A DNA stretch of 31,824 nucleotides from assembly GCA_039024555.1 (NCBI GenBank), contig JBCCQQ010000068.1, positions 1 to 31,824 on the forward strand, in the 5' to 3' direction. The first letter of the stretch is position 1; each line of letters starts with the position of its first letter. Source of the stretch: Cyanobacteria bacterium P01_D01_bin.156 (GTDB lineage Bacteria > Cyanobacteriota > Cyanobacteriia > Phormidesmidales > Phormidesmidaceae). The notes below the pieces were generated by a model. The model was given only the letters and a program-made list of their open reading frames with translations, did not search any database and had not been told where the DNA came from. The translations under genes and the position numbers were made by a program. This document shows, in pieces, positions 8,664 to 18,382 of the stretch.

Positions 8664-10376
8664 TCAAGATGAACAGCTATAGTACGACACGCCACCAACA
8701 TCAGAAAACTCACTAGGTCTTAGACGATAGTACTTATCCTCTACGTCCTGTGACTGCTCATCATAGGGATAGCTCAGCACTTCTTGCAACTCTTTTACTA
8801 ACGTGTAGTCACCCTGCATGGCTTGTTGATAGGCAGGGACAATCAACCACTCTCGCCATGTGTATTTTGGGTTAGTCTGTTTCATCTTTGCTGAGATCTC
8901 AGCTAAATTACTGTCATTAATCAGGCCACGCCAGCTTTTTAGCCAAGTTTGCAATTGCTCCTCGAACTGTTGTGACGTTTTACCATAGAAGCTCTTTCTC
9001 AAGGCTGAGACATCATCTGGTATGTGAGATAACTCGCGAAAGAAAATGGTGTAATCCACATCTGAGTGGGTCACCAACTGCATCAATGTCTTAAATAGCT
9101 CTGGGTCAAATTCAGTTAAGCCCAGTTTGGCCGCCCACATATTTTGGACTTGTTGTTGCATGACTTCTGCAAAATCACGGCCTATTTGGTCGAACTGTTC
9201 TAGAGCTTCGGCATTTTCTGCCAATAGGGGTCTCACAGTTTTCCAGAACATATAGTAGTTTGCGTCTGCTGCCCTTGGCTGATTGATAAATGCAAAGTGT
9301 TGGCCACCACCAGTCCACGGTTGAAACCAAGGGTCAAAAATTTCACAAAACCCAAAGGGTCCATAGTCGAGGGTAAAGCCACCAGCAGCGCAGTTGTCAC
9401 TGTTAAAATTGCCCTGGCAATAACCCACCCGCAGCCAATTGGCCACCAGGGTCGTAAGGCGTTGGCGAAATAGCTTGGCCAACTCAAGTAATTGATCTGT
9501 AAAACCAAGGGTTTGATCAATGTCTCTTTTGTATTCTCGCTCAATTAAATGCGCCACTATCATGCGCAACTCTTCTGATGCTTTTGGATGAGCATTGTTA
9601 CGGGCACGACGGGCAAATAACTCTAGCTGACCAACGCGCAAAAAGGAGGGTGCAACGCGCGTTGAAATTGCCACAGGATTGTCTACCAGCACATCAGGCT
9701 CGGTGGAGCAGGAGTCTTGGGAATACCAAGGCCGTTTAACGGTCTCAGATTTAGAAACGTACAGGGTTAAAGAGCGAGATGTTGGCACCCCTAAAGCGTG
9801 CATATAGTCTTGCGCTAGAAACTCACGCACACTGGAACGGAGTACGGCGCGCCCGTCGGCACCACGACAATAGGGCGTTGGGCCGCCCCCTTTCAATTGC
9901 ATTTCCCAACGTTGGCCATTGATGATTCCTTCAAATATAGATATGGCCCGACCATCTCCATAGCCATTACCCGTACCGAATGGACAATTGTGGGTATATT
10001 CGGTGCCATAAATCGACAGTGCATAACCCGTCGCCCAGCCAACCGGTTGCATAGGCTCATGAACAGCTGAGAGATCACCCGAAAATAATTGGCGAAATTT
10101 TTCATCCAGCGCTAGCTCATCGCTCAACCCAAGTTCTTTAAAGAAAGTGCTGCTATGGGCTACATATTCTGGTTCTGCAAGCGGTGTGGGTGCCACAGGT
10201 ACAAAATGACCCGAAAAAACCTCGCGGGCACGGTGATCATCACCATCAACAGTGGCATCAGGATCGGCATTTAAGGTACTCATCAGCGAATAGTCCGCCA
10301 ATCGAACAAACTCATCGAAGGTGGTTACGCAGGGCTCAGCAGATGCCTCTGATGAGGGGTTAGATAGATATGACAT
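8664..10376 (-). CDS. selO: Protein adenylyltransferase SelO/YdiU
   Basis: [53 protein letters not shown] and C-terminal SCSS. Confidence 0.93.
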   Translation of the reverse strand: MSYLSNPSSEASAEPCVTTFDEFVRLADYSLMSTLNADPDATVDGDDHRAREVFSGHFVPVAPTPLAEPEYVAHSSTFFKELGLSDELALDEKFRQLFSGDLSAVHEPMQPVGWATGYALSIYGTEYTHNCPFGTGNGYGDGRAISIFEGIINGQRWEMQLKGGGPTPYCRGADGRAVLRSSVREFLAQDYMHALGVPTSRSLTLYVSKSETVKRPWYSQDSCSTEPDVLVDNPVAISTRVAPSFLRVGQLELFARRARNNAHPKASEELRMIVAHLIEREYKRDIDQTLGFTDQLLELAKLFRQRLTTLVANWLRVGYCQGNFNSDNCAAGGFTLDYGPFGFCEIFDPWFQPWTGGGQHFAFINQPRAADANYYMFWKTVRPLLAENAEALEQFDQIGRDFAEVMQQQVQNMWAAKLGLTEFDPELFKTLMQLVTHSDVDYTIFFRELSHIPDDVSALRKSFYGKTSQQFEEQLQTWLKSWRGLINDSNLAEISAKMKQTNPKYTWREWLIVPAYQQAMQGDYTLVKELQEVLSYPYDEQSQDVEDKYYRLRPSEFSDVGGVSYYSCSS

Positions 10377-10484
10377 TGTTGCTGGCGAGGGAAAGATTTA
10401 TGTTTAATCGAGCATTACGTTGAGGCTAACATATTAAATATGGAGCTTTCTAGGCGACCTGTTAGTATGCTCAGTGATACGGAT

Positions 10485-11093
10485 CTATGACCGCTGAGCT
10501 TTCTCAATAAGCTGGGCTACTGCTTCCAAGGCACCAAATAGCCTGGCTAAGTTATCAATTGTGTAGTTATCGGTGCTTCTGGTGAATGTGTCGAGCACCA
10601 ATCGGGCAAACTGCCAAAGGTTACCATCGGTGACGATGCCATAGACTGGGAATGTGGCATCGTCGTTTATTTTTTGGGAGGCCACTAGCTCAGCTAAACA
10701 TTGCCCCCATCCATGCTCAAAGTCGTTTTTCTTGGCTTCTACTACAACGACAATCGGGGTCTCTAGGACTGTTTTTCCGAGGTTTGAGCGCTTTGAGAAG
10801 ATGTAATCTGGCGTCCCTGAAAGTATGGAATCATAAGAGATACTCTTTTGAATCCAGAAAGAATAGTCTTGAGCATGTTTTTTATACAGCTCTCGCAGTA
10901 GCGGGGATATAATCAGCTCGCTGCGCGATGCTTCCGATGTGAAAATATCAATATTCTCTTTGCTAAATTGAAAATCGCTTAGAAAAGCTTCAGAGGGTAA
11001 TATCTCCGTCACCAACAGAAAGTCACGCTCATCATATTTGATATCATATTTTTTCTGCACATCTGCAACAGTTTTGAAATCACTAAATGACAT
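10485..11093 (-). CDS. Cyanobacterial PD-(D/E)XK-fold-like hypothetical protein
   Basis: Probable start MSFSDFK; motifs GTPDY...VVEAKKND...GQCLAEL...YGIVTDG. Confidence 0.7.
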   Translation of the reverse strand: MSFSDFKTVADVQKKYDIKYDERDFLLVTEILPSEAFLSDFQFSKENIDIFTSEASRSELIISPLLRELYKKHAQDYSFWIQKSISYDSILSGTPDYIFSKRSNLGKTVLETPIVVVVEAKKNDFEHGWGQCLAELVASQKINDDATFPVYGIVTDGNLWQFARLVLDTFTRSTDNYTIDNLARLFGALEAVAQLIEKAQRS

Positions 11094-11146
11094 TTTAGAG
11101 TTACCTATGCAAAGCCTTCGTCCACAGAAACGTGAAATACCACCCA

Positions 11147-11245
11147 TAGATTCCGTACTCGTTGATCAATCAGTTTATCAGGAATACAATTTTGCTCAAT
11201 ATATTTGTTGATTTCTGCTGGATGATCCAGATAATAACTGAGTGC
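11147..11245 (-). pseudogene. DUF433 (antitoxin-like) C-terminal remnant
   Basis: Manual translation ALSYYLDHPAEINKYIEQNCIPDKLIDQRVRNL resembles the DUF433 C-terminus (ALxYYxDHxxEI); no N-terminus. Confidence 0.55.
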
Positions 11246-11361
11246 GATGTTCGAGAGGGATTAATACATAGACTCACTGCTATTTTAGCTCGAAAAGAAA
11301 TTTCTAAAGCCTGTTCAATATACTAGGACAGCCTCGTTTAAGTACACTCATTGCTAACGCT

Positions 11362-11778
11362 CTATGTTGCAATTGTCAGCTCTCTGTATCCGGTGAACGG
11401 ATCAATCTCTCTCTTAAAGATGGTATTAGGCACAATCCCCAAAACTATCTCTGCTGTCGTATAGCTCTTCGAGCCATCCATCAAATGACCGCCGATAACC
11501 TGGCCTTCACTATCTGATACAACAATGTGAAAGTGGACACCATATTGCGAGAGCGTACCTTCTAGCGACACTATCTCTAACGGTTGTTCAAAAACTGTTC
11601 CTTCTGGTTGATTGGCAAATCGGATGGTTGCCTGACGTAAACTACCGACACAGCTCAGGATATAAGCGGCATCTATTTTTTCGTCGATACAGTAACTCAG
11701 CAGAGATTGTTTGAGATCTTCTCCAGGCTTAAGGCGAATAGCAATCACGTCCATATTTTTTACGGGTATAGCACTCAC
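11362..11778 (-). CDS. PPC/DUF296 domain protein
   Basis: RLKPGEDL, CVGSL, EIVSLEGT, HFHIVVSD..G.VIGGHL, TTAEI. Confidence 0.88.
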   Translation of the reverse strand: MSAIPVKNMDVIAIRLKPGEDLKQSLLSYCIDEKIDAAYILSCVGSLRQATIRFANQPEGTVFEQPLEIVSLEGTLSQYGVHFHIVVSDSEGQVIGGHLMDGSKSYTTAEIVLGIVPNTIFKREIDPFTGYRELTIAT

Positions 11779-11847
11779 AAATCAATCTTGGCATTGCTGA
11801 TCCTCGGGATGATTTTAGCTGTCAACTCCAGACAATTGATTAGTTCC

Positions 11848-11907
11848 ACAGAGCGTTGCATCTCCCAATATCAGAAACGGTAAATCTCCAATCGTCAGGC
11901 AGTCTAT
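11848..11907 (-). pseudogene. Possible decayed 5' end of a MerR-family coaR gene
   Basis: Reads IDCLTIGDLPFLILGDATLC, which aligns without gaps to the recalled CoaR N-terminus (LTIKELTDAVGGGVTPR) at the position where coaR normally starts. Short and weak. Confidence 0.3.
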
Positions 11908-11929
11908 CCTAATTTTTTTAATTCTCAGC

Positions 11930-11959
11930 AACCCTAACATTGACGTCAATGTCAAAGTT
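11930..11959. promoter_or_regulatory. CoaR (MerR-type) operator
   Basis: AACCCTAACATT-GACGTC-AATGTCAAAGTT, a 12-6-12 dyad matching the Synechocystis coaT operator pattern AACCTTGACATT-N6-AATGTTAAGGTT. Confidence 0.75.
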
Positions 11960-11998
11960 TTACTCTTTAAAAGAGTACTCTATGTTACAGATTGGACT

Positions 11999-13933
11999 AT
12001 GGCTGCCAACACCCCTGCATTGCCGCGTTTCTCGAATCCATTCAAGGATGTATTCAAGGACCATCCCGAGGCCGTCGCCGCGATCGCATGCGCCATCTTA
12101 GTATTTCTGGGCTGGCAGTCCCTCAATTTTGGCTGGGTAGGAGGGGGCCTTTTAATCCTGACGGCAGCCTACGTCATTGGCGGATTCGACAGCGCCCGTG
12201 ACGGTCTTACAACTCTGCTACAGGAGAAAGAGCTGGATGTTGATCTACTGATGATCGTGGCAGCTTTGGGTGCTGCCAGTTTGGGCCTATGGCGGCAGGA
12301 ATACTACCTGATCGTCGATGGAGCAGTCCTGATCTTGATCTTTGCCATCAGCGGGGCCTTAGAAGGCTACGCCATGCAGCACACTGAGCGCAGTATCCAG
12401 GGGCTGATGAGCCTAACAGCAGATACCGCCCGACTCCTGAACCACGGGCAGGAGCGCACTGTCCCGATTGATCGTCTTAAAGTGGGCGATCTCATTTTGG
12501 TCAAACCAGGAGAACTGGTGCCCACCGATGGTCTAGTCGTAGAAGGTGCAAGTATCCTCAACCAGGCTTCAATTACCGGAGAATCTGTGCCCGTAGAGAA
12601 AACCATTGGGGATGAAGTCTTTGCGGGTACGCTGAATGGCCATGGAGCACTGCGGATCAAACTCCATCAACCGCCAGAAAGCAGCTTAATTCAGCGGGTA
12701 ATCCGATTGGTGCAGCAGGCTCAGACAGAAGCACCTCCCTCGCAACAATTTATCGAGCGGTTTGAGCGGGGCTACGCCAAGGTGATTGTTATCGGCGGGA
12801 TACTGCTGAGTATACTACCGCCATTCCTGCTGGGATGGACCTGGGAAACAACAATTTATCGAGCGCTGATTTTTCTTGTCGTGGCTTCCCCCTGCGCCCT
12901 GATGGCCTCAATCATGCCTACGCTGCTATCGGGCATTGCCAATGGAGCCCGTCGAGGCATTTTGTTCAAAAACGGAGCACAGCTAGAACAAATTGGACGG
13001 GTGCGTGCGATCGCATTTGATAAAACCGGCACTCTCACCACAGGCCAGCTGCAGGTCGTAAATGTGCAGGCGTCTGACTCCAACCACCTCCTACAGGTAG
13101 CAGCAGCGCTAGAGAGTTTGTCGGAACATCCCATTGGGGAAGCCATTGTGCAGGCAGCCCGCCAACAAAACCTCACCTGGGCAACCGCCATCAATGCTCA
13201 GGCTCAGGCCGGACAGGGTATCACCGCTGACATAGAGGGTCAGAGCGCCGTAGTTGGTAAAGCCGCCTTTGTAAACACACAGATAAACAACATTTCCACC
13301 CATTGGCTGGAGCAAAGCCAACAGTGGGAATCGGAGGGGAAAACAGTGGTCTGGGTCGCCCTAGCAGGAGAATTATTAGGACTGATTGCCGTGGCTGACA
13401 TCGTTCGACCTGCTGCTGCCCAGGCTGTAGCTCACCTCAAACAGTTGGGTATAGAGCATGTGGTCATGCTGACAGGAGACAATCCCCGCACCGCCAACAG
13501 CATTGCTGAGCATGTGGGAGTAGACCAGGTTTACGCAGAACTGTTACCCGAAGATAAAGTCGAGGTGATTCGTAAACTTCAGCAGCAGTATCAGACCGTT
13601 GCCATGGTTGGAGATGGCATTAATGATGCCCCAGCCTTGGCCCAGGCCACCGTTGGCATTGCCATGGGCGCAGCAGGTAGTGATGTGGCGCTGGAAACCG
13701 CAGATATTGTGTTGATGGGCGATCGCTTGGAGCGGTTAGAAAACGCGATTCGTTTAGGTCGTCGTGCTCAGCGCATCGTGAAGCAAAATATTGTCTTTGC
13801 CCTGAGTTTTGTCGTGATTTTGTTAATCCTAAATTTTGCGGGCAATATCACGCTGCCGTTTGGTGTGCTCGGCCATGAAGGCTCCACAGTACTCGTTACG
13901 TTGAGTGGGTTACGGTTGTTAATGAATAGATAA
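11999..13933 (+). CDS. coaT: P1B-4 heavy-metal exporting P-type ATPase (CoaT-like)
   Basis: TGES, SPC in TM, DKTGT, EHP, GDGINDAPAL, HEGST; no N-terminal metal-binding domain. Confidence 0.9.
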   Translation: MAANTPALPRFSNPFKDVFKDHPEAVAAIACAILVFLGWQSLNFGWVGGGLLILTAAYVIGGFDSARDGLTTLLQEKELDVDLLMIVAALGAASLGLWRQEYYLIVDGAVLILIFAISGALEGYAMQHTERSIQGLMSLTADTARLLNHGQERTVPIDRLKVGDLILVKPGELVPTDGLVVEGASILNQASITGESVPVEKTIGDEVFAGTLNGHGALRIKLHQPPESSLIQRVIRLVQQAQTEAPPSQQFIERFERGYAKVIVIGGILLSILPPFLLGWTWETTIYRALIFLVVASPCALMASIMPTLLSGIANGARRGILFKNGAQLEQIGRVRAIAFDKTGTLTTGQLQVVNVQASDSNHLLQVAAALESLSEHPIGEAIVQAARQQNLTWATAINAQAQAGQGITADIEGQSAVVGKAAFVNTQINNISTHWLEQSQQWESEGKTVVWVALAGELLGLIAVADIVRPAAAQAVAHLKQLGIEHVVMLTGDNPRTANSIAEHVGVDQVYAELLPEDKVEVIRKLQQQYQTVAMVGDGINDAPALAQATVGIAMGAAGSDVALETADIVLMGDRLERLENAIRLGRRAQRIVKQNIVFALSFVVILLILNFAGNITLPFGVLGHEGSTVLVTLSGLRLLMNR

Positions 13934-13954
13934 GACTTTGGAATATCCGCCAAC

Positions 13955-15445
13955 TCATTGCTGATGCCAACGGACAGCTCCATCTGCTTGGTCAACGACC
14001 GTCACTCCCACTGCCGCTAGCTGATCGCGAATCTCATCTGCTGTTATAAAGTCTCGTTGTTGTCGGGCCGTTTGGCGCTGCTGAATCAGGTCTGAGATCG
14101 CAACCTCATCTAATTCACCCGTTGCGCCATCAGTATCACTATCGGCTTCAGCCTCTAACCCCAAAATCTGGGACAGAAACAACAACGTTTGCCATTGCTG
14201 CAAAAGTGCTTCCGGACTAGATTGGGGATTCCCTTCATGCACCAGACGGTTCCCCTCTCGCTGCAGACCTTTAGCCAGCTCAAACAACACTGCCAAAGCA
14301 CCCGATGTATTTAGATCGTCGTCCAAAGCAGTTTGAAACCGTTGAACCCAGGGGTTATCGGAGCTAAGTTCTTGGGGAGAAGACTCGATATCAGCGGCTG
14401 ACCATGCCAATGCAGCTCCATGCTGGTTACCAAAGAGAAGTCCGGCTTTCAGGGTTTGTAAACCGTTGACCGCAGCTGCGATCGCATCTTTTGTAAAATC
14501 CAACGGTTTCCGATAGTGTCCCTGCAGCACAAACAGACGCACCGCCATGGGATCTACCGGTTGCGGATATTCTGCCCAAGCCCCATCTAGCAGGTCACGG
14601 ATCGTCGTGAAATTGCCCAGGGATTTGGACATTTTTTCACCGTTCACCGTCACCATGCCATTATGCAGCCAGTACCGAGCCAACGGTTGACCCGTCAGCG
14701 CTTCTGATTGAGCAATCTCATTTTCATGGTGGGGAAATACCAGATCGCCACCACCACCATGAATATCAATGGTTTCACCCAATCGTGCCCGGATCATAGC
14801 CGAGCACTCTATATGCCACCCGGGACGTCCCTTTCCCCAGGGTGACTTCCAGGCGGGTTCACCTGGTTTTGCCGCTTTCCATAGAGCAAAATCGAACGGA
14901 TCGCGCTTCTTCTGGTCTGGCGCATCCGCAGCAACTCGCCCCCCTGCCCCCGCCTGCAGTTGCTCCAGCTTGCGGCCAGAGAGCTTGCCATAGTCGGCAA
15001 ACTGACGCACGCTGTAGTACACATCCCCATCGATCGCATAGGCGTATCCCTTCTGTTCTAGCGCCTGAATCAATTGATGAACGGCAGGGATGTGCTCTGT
15101 CACCCGGGGATAGTCATCAGCATCAAGAATATTGAGTCGGCGAATATCTTCAAAGTAGGCAGCAATGTTGCGATCGCTCACCTCCTGCATCGTTATCCCT
15201 TCTAGCTTGGCACGATTGAGAATCTTATCGTCAATATCCGTAAAGTTCTACACATAGTGCACTGCATATCCGCACCACTGCAAATAGCGCCGCAGCACAT
15301 CCCAAACCATGTACGAACGAGCATGCCCTAAGTGGCAATTGTCATATACCGTCACACCACAGCAATACATCACCACTCGCCCTGGCTGAATGGAGGTAAA
15401 TGGCTCTTTTCGACCTGTCAGGGTGTTGTGAAGGTTGAGACTCAT
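13955..15445 (-). pseudogene. cysS: Cysteine-tRNA ligase paralog interrupted by an in-frame TAG
   Basis: [12 protein letters not shown], then YV*NFTDIDDK (normally YVQN), GWHIECSAM, HHENE, KMSKS. Both ORF pieces are in the same frame; the stop is at 15248-15250. Confidence 0.92.
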
Positions 15446-15510
15446 AGAGAATGCCGTGAACTAAAAACGTCGCAAGGTTGAATAGGGATAAGTACCCAAC
15501 ACAACGAGAA

Positions 15511-15525
15511 CAATAATCATTCTCA
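15511..15525 (-). promoter_or_regulatory. Zur box upstream of cysS paralog
   Basis: Minus strand TGAGAATGATTATTG, abutting an extended -10-like TGATAAACT. Confidence 0.65.
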
Positions 15526-15642
15526 GTTTATCATGGACGCCCAAAACATTCCCTCCTCTTAAAATGATCTATGCTCAAAGCTCAAAGAAAGTCTTTACAG
15601 AATTTTGATTCTCTCTCTTAAGAAAGCCTAACAAACAAAGTA

Positions 15643-15891
15643 AATACCTTATCTTTTACGGTGTGGAGCGGATGCGGAGCAGCGTAACCCACCTAAACGA
15701 CCACCCATATCAATAGTTATAGCTGCTAACCAATACCCTCTTATGCGAGGGAAACCCCAGTATGCCTAGATGGGATGGCTTATATATTCCCGAGAAAGGA
15801 CGTTGAGGTCCCCAGATCAGAAGGGGTTCGGGGAGGAAATCCCTGAGCAATCCTTCTCTCTACGCACCGATGATTAGACTTCCAAGTCGTA
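15643..15891 (+). repeat. Modular palindromic non-coding element, copy A
   Basis: Aligns with the reverse complement of 6165-6414. Confidence 0.9.
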
Positions 15892-15947
15892 TCTCTTACT
15901 CTCTGGATACTGCAACTTGTCGAGCCCAGCGTTAATCCTAATAACAC

Positions 15948-16916
15948 TCATCGAGTCATACAGTTATTCAAATTCTGCATCAACGAGATAATATCCAACT
16001 GACGACCAATCAACACCATTTCCGTTTTCGGCGGTGTTTTCCATTCACTATCATCAATCGTAAATCTGTTCCCACTAAGTTGAAACAGATGGCGCTTCTC
16101 ACTTTCTGCAAACCAGATGATTCCTTTAGCTCGAAACACCTTATTAGGAAGCTGATAGTCAAGAAATTGCTGAAACTTTTTGAGAGCAAAAGGGCGATCG
16201 CCTGTAAAAGAGACAGACATAAATCCATCATTTTGGAGATGCCGCGTGGAAGAATCGACATCAGCAGAACTCTCTTGGACCACAGCAATATCCGTTAGTT
16301 GAACATTTAAAATCAACGATAGCGGAACCTGACTATGGGTTGCTTCTAATACTCTGGCCTGTTCCTTAATCGAAAAAATGTGATCTTTCAACTTTTGAAT
16401 TTGAGGTTCAACAACCCGATCAATTTTATTCAAAAGGATAATATCACCATAAAGAATTTGACTCATCACTGCATTGCTTCCATAGTGATAGTCCGGATCA
16501 AAGGTTTCCGAATCGATTAAGGTGATGACGCCATCCAGCTGAGTCAAATCTCTCAGTTCTGTGCCCAGAAACGTGAGCATGATAGGTAATGGATCAGCGA
16601 CGCCAGTGGTCTCTACCACCAAGTAATCAATGCGATCTTTCCGTTCCAATACACGATAAACCGCATCCGATAGATTATCGTTTATGGTGCAACAAATACA
16701 GCCATTGGTGAGTTCTATCATGTCCTCCTCCACCTCAATCAACAACTGGCTGTCGATGTTAATGTCCCCAAACTCATTTACGAGAACTGCAACCTTTAAA
16801 TCTTCAAAATTTTGAAGAATATAGTTGAGCAAGGTTGTTTTCCCACTACCTAGAAAGCCAGTGATGATGGTCACAGGAAGCTTATGAGAATCAAGAGTGG
16901 GGGCCATAACGCTCAT
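15948..16916 (-). CDS. COG0523 GTPase, second paralog, no His-rich insert
   Basis: GFLGSGKTT, GCICC, ETTG, NKID, FRAKG; closely related to 3336..4439. Confidence 0.95.
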   Translation of the reverse strand: MSVMAPTLDSHKLPVTIITGFLGSGKTTLLNYILQNFEDLKVAVLVNEFGDINIDSQLLIEVEEDMIELTNGCICCTINDNLSDAVYRVLERKDRIDYLVVETTGVADPLPIMLTFLGTELRDLTQLDGVITLIDSETFDPDYHYGSNAVMSQILYGDIILLNKIDRVVEPQIQKLKDHIFSIKEQARVLEATHSQVPLSLILNVQLTDIAVVQESSADVDSSTRHLQNDGFMSVSFTGDRPFALKKFQQFLDYQLPNKVFRAKGIIWFAESEKRHLFQLSGNRFTIDDSEWKTPPKTEMVLIGRQLDIISLMQNLNNCMTR

Positions 16917-17138
16917 AAATCAATATGCTTGGAACAGGTAAGAACAAGGAACTAGGCAAACAAGCTTTCTCGCCCCTAGCTTCCACGCCACTTTGAGACT
17001 CTGGATTCAGCTAAACAATGGTCCCAGAGCCTCCTACGCGAATGCTGACAAAGAAACGACCTTAGGAAGGAGACTTTAATAAGGCTCTAGTCTTTGCCAT
17101 ACAGGCGTTTTACTTGAGGCAGTATAAAGCATAAAGGA

Positions 17139-17153
17139 TGATAATGATTATCA
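17139..17153. promoter_or_regulatory. Zur box (perfect)
   Basis: TGATAATGATTATCA, 222 bp upstream of the COG0523 start at 16916. Confidence 0.9.
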
Positions 17154-17359
17154 TTTTTAGGCATCTTATCAAGGGTTGGACAAAATAGATGCGATCGCAA
17201 CTCGGAAAAACTCCATGCCTCAGGCTCATTGCCCCCGGTCCACTCATCTATATTCCAGATGCTGTGACAGCCACCTCAGCCCACCTCAGCTCAGACGCTA
17301 GAAGTAGGCGACATCAGCAGATTAAATCTGGCAACGGTGTAGTGCTTCTAAAAATCATC

Positions 17360-17761
17360 TCAACCATCTAGATGCAAATCTTCTGGCTCATCAAGATGTT
17401 CTGACGCTTCGCGGTAAAGATTAAAAATGTGTTGATCCTTAAGACAATAAATAACGTTGCGCCCCTGCTTGACGTAGCGCACGAGTCTCATGGTGCGTAA
17501 GATACGCAATTGATGGGAGACCGCAGATTCCGTCATCTCAACCGCTTCGGCTAAATCACGCACCCGCATTGATTGCAAAGCAAGGGCTGATAGAATTCGC
17601 CAGCGATTTGGATCGCCAAGCACTCCGAAGAATTCTGCCATTCGCTGTGCCTTTTCTAGACTCAGGATGTGCTGAATGGGCAATTCTGCATCCTCATGGA
17701 GACAGCCCTGAGTTCCTGATGGGCCAGCGGATGGTAAATCGGCAGAGTTTTCAGAGGTCAT
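17360..17761 (-). CDS. smtB: ArsR/SmtB family Zn-sensing repressor (alpha5 site)
   Basis: [26 protein letters not shown], and alpha5 DxH-x10-HxxE ([17 protein letters not shown]); no alpha3 Cys. Probable start MTSENS. Confidence 0.88.
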   Translation of the reverse strand: MTSENSADLPSAGPSGTQGCLHEDAELPIQHILSLEKAQRMAEFFGVLGDPNRWRILSALALQSMRVRDLAEAVEMTESAVSHQLRILRTMRLVRYVKQGRNVIYCLKDQHIFNLYREASEHLDEPEDLHLDG

Positions 17762-17825
17762 GCTAGTGACGGTACAACCAAACTTTACAGCTAAGTCTTG
17801 AGAATAGATCAAGCTTGCTCACCCT

Positions 17826-17884
17826 AACACCTGAACAACTATTCATAGGTTATGCTTAAACATATGAACAGTTGTTCAGTCTTC
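17826..17884. promoter_or_regulatory. Two SmtB-type 12-2-12 operators
   Basis: AACACCTGAACA-AC-TATTCATAGGTT (17826-17851) and AACATATGAACA-GT-TGTTCAGTCTTC (17859-17884). Confidence 0.85.
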
Positions 17885-17928
17885 TTGAGTACATAACCAT
17901 CCAAAGTTCACAATCATTGGAGGCAAAA

Positions 17929-18279
17929 ATGAATTGCATCATTCATGAAAATCACGACCACATCCATGGTCCAGACTGTGGGCACACAGCCATCAAGCAT
18001 GGCGATCATATCGACTACCTGCACGATGGGCATTTACATCATCCCCATGGGGACCACGTAGATGAGCATGTCATTGAAGTCACGGATGCGAACCCAGACA
18101 AATGTACTGAAGGTCATGACTGCACAGGGCATGATGCTGACCATGTACATGGCCCTGGCTGTGGACATGAAGCGATTCCCCATGGGGACCACGTATGCTA
18201 TCTCGTCGATGGCCATCTGCACTATCCCCACAACGGCCACTGCGATAACCATGGTCCCATTGAGCTGGTGGTTGGCTAA
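17929..18279 (+). CDS. Small His/Cys-rich two-repeat putative metal-binding protein (116 aa)
   Basis: GGAGG RBS at 17919; 26 His and 7 Cys; motif HxHGPxCGHxAIxHGDHxxYLxDGHLHxPH present twice. Confidence 0.85.
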   Translation: MNCIIHENHDHIHGPDCGHTAIKHGDHIDYLHDGHLHHPHGDHVDEHVIEVTDANPDKCTEGHDCTGHDADHVHGPGCGHEAIPHGDHVCYLVDGHLHYPHNGHCDNHGPIELVVG

Positions 18280-18303
18280 ACAATTCAGCACAAATTTATG
18301 GGT

Positions 18304-18358
18304 GGTGCGTTCCTAAACGTTAATCAGCGGAGAATCATTCTGTTCCAGGGAGCGCACC
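18304..18358. terminator. Inverted repeat between convergent genes
   Basis: GGTGCGTTCCT ... AGGGAGCGCACC arms with a long loop. Confidence 0.35.
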
Positions 18359-18382
18359 GTTCACTATGTAGCCTCAACCATC

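Noticed and set aside
8664..8675. Possible selenocysteine at the SelO C-terminus
   Set aside because: It ends in SCSS then TGA TAA; the Cys is a normal codon and the TGA is at the usual terminus.
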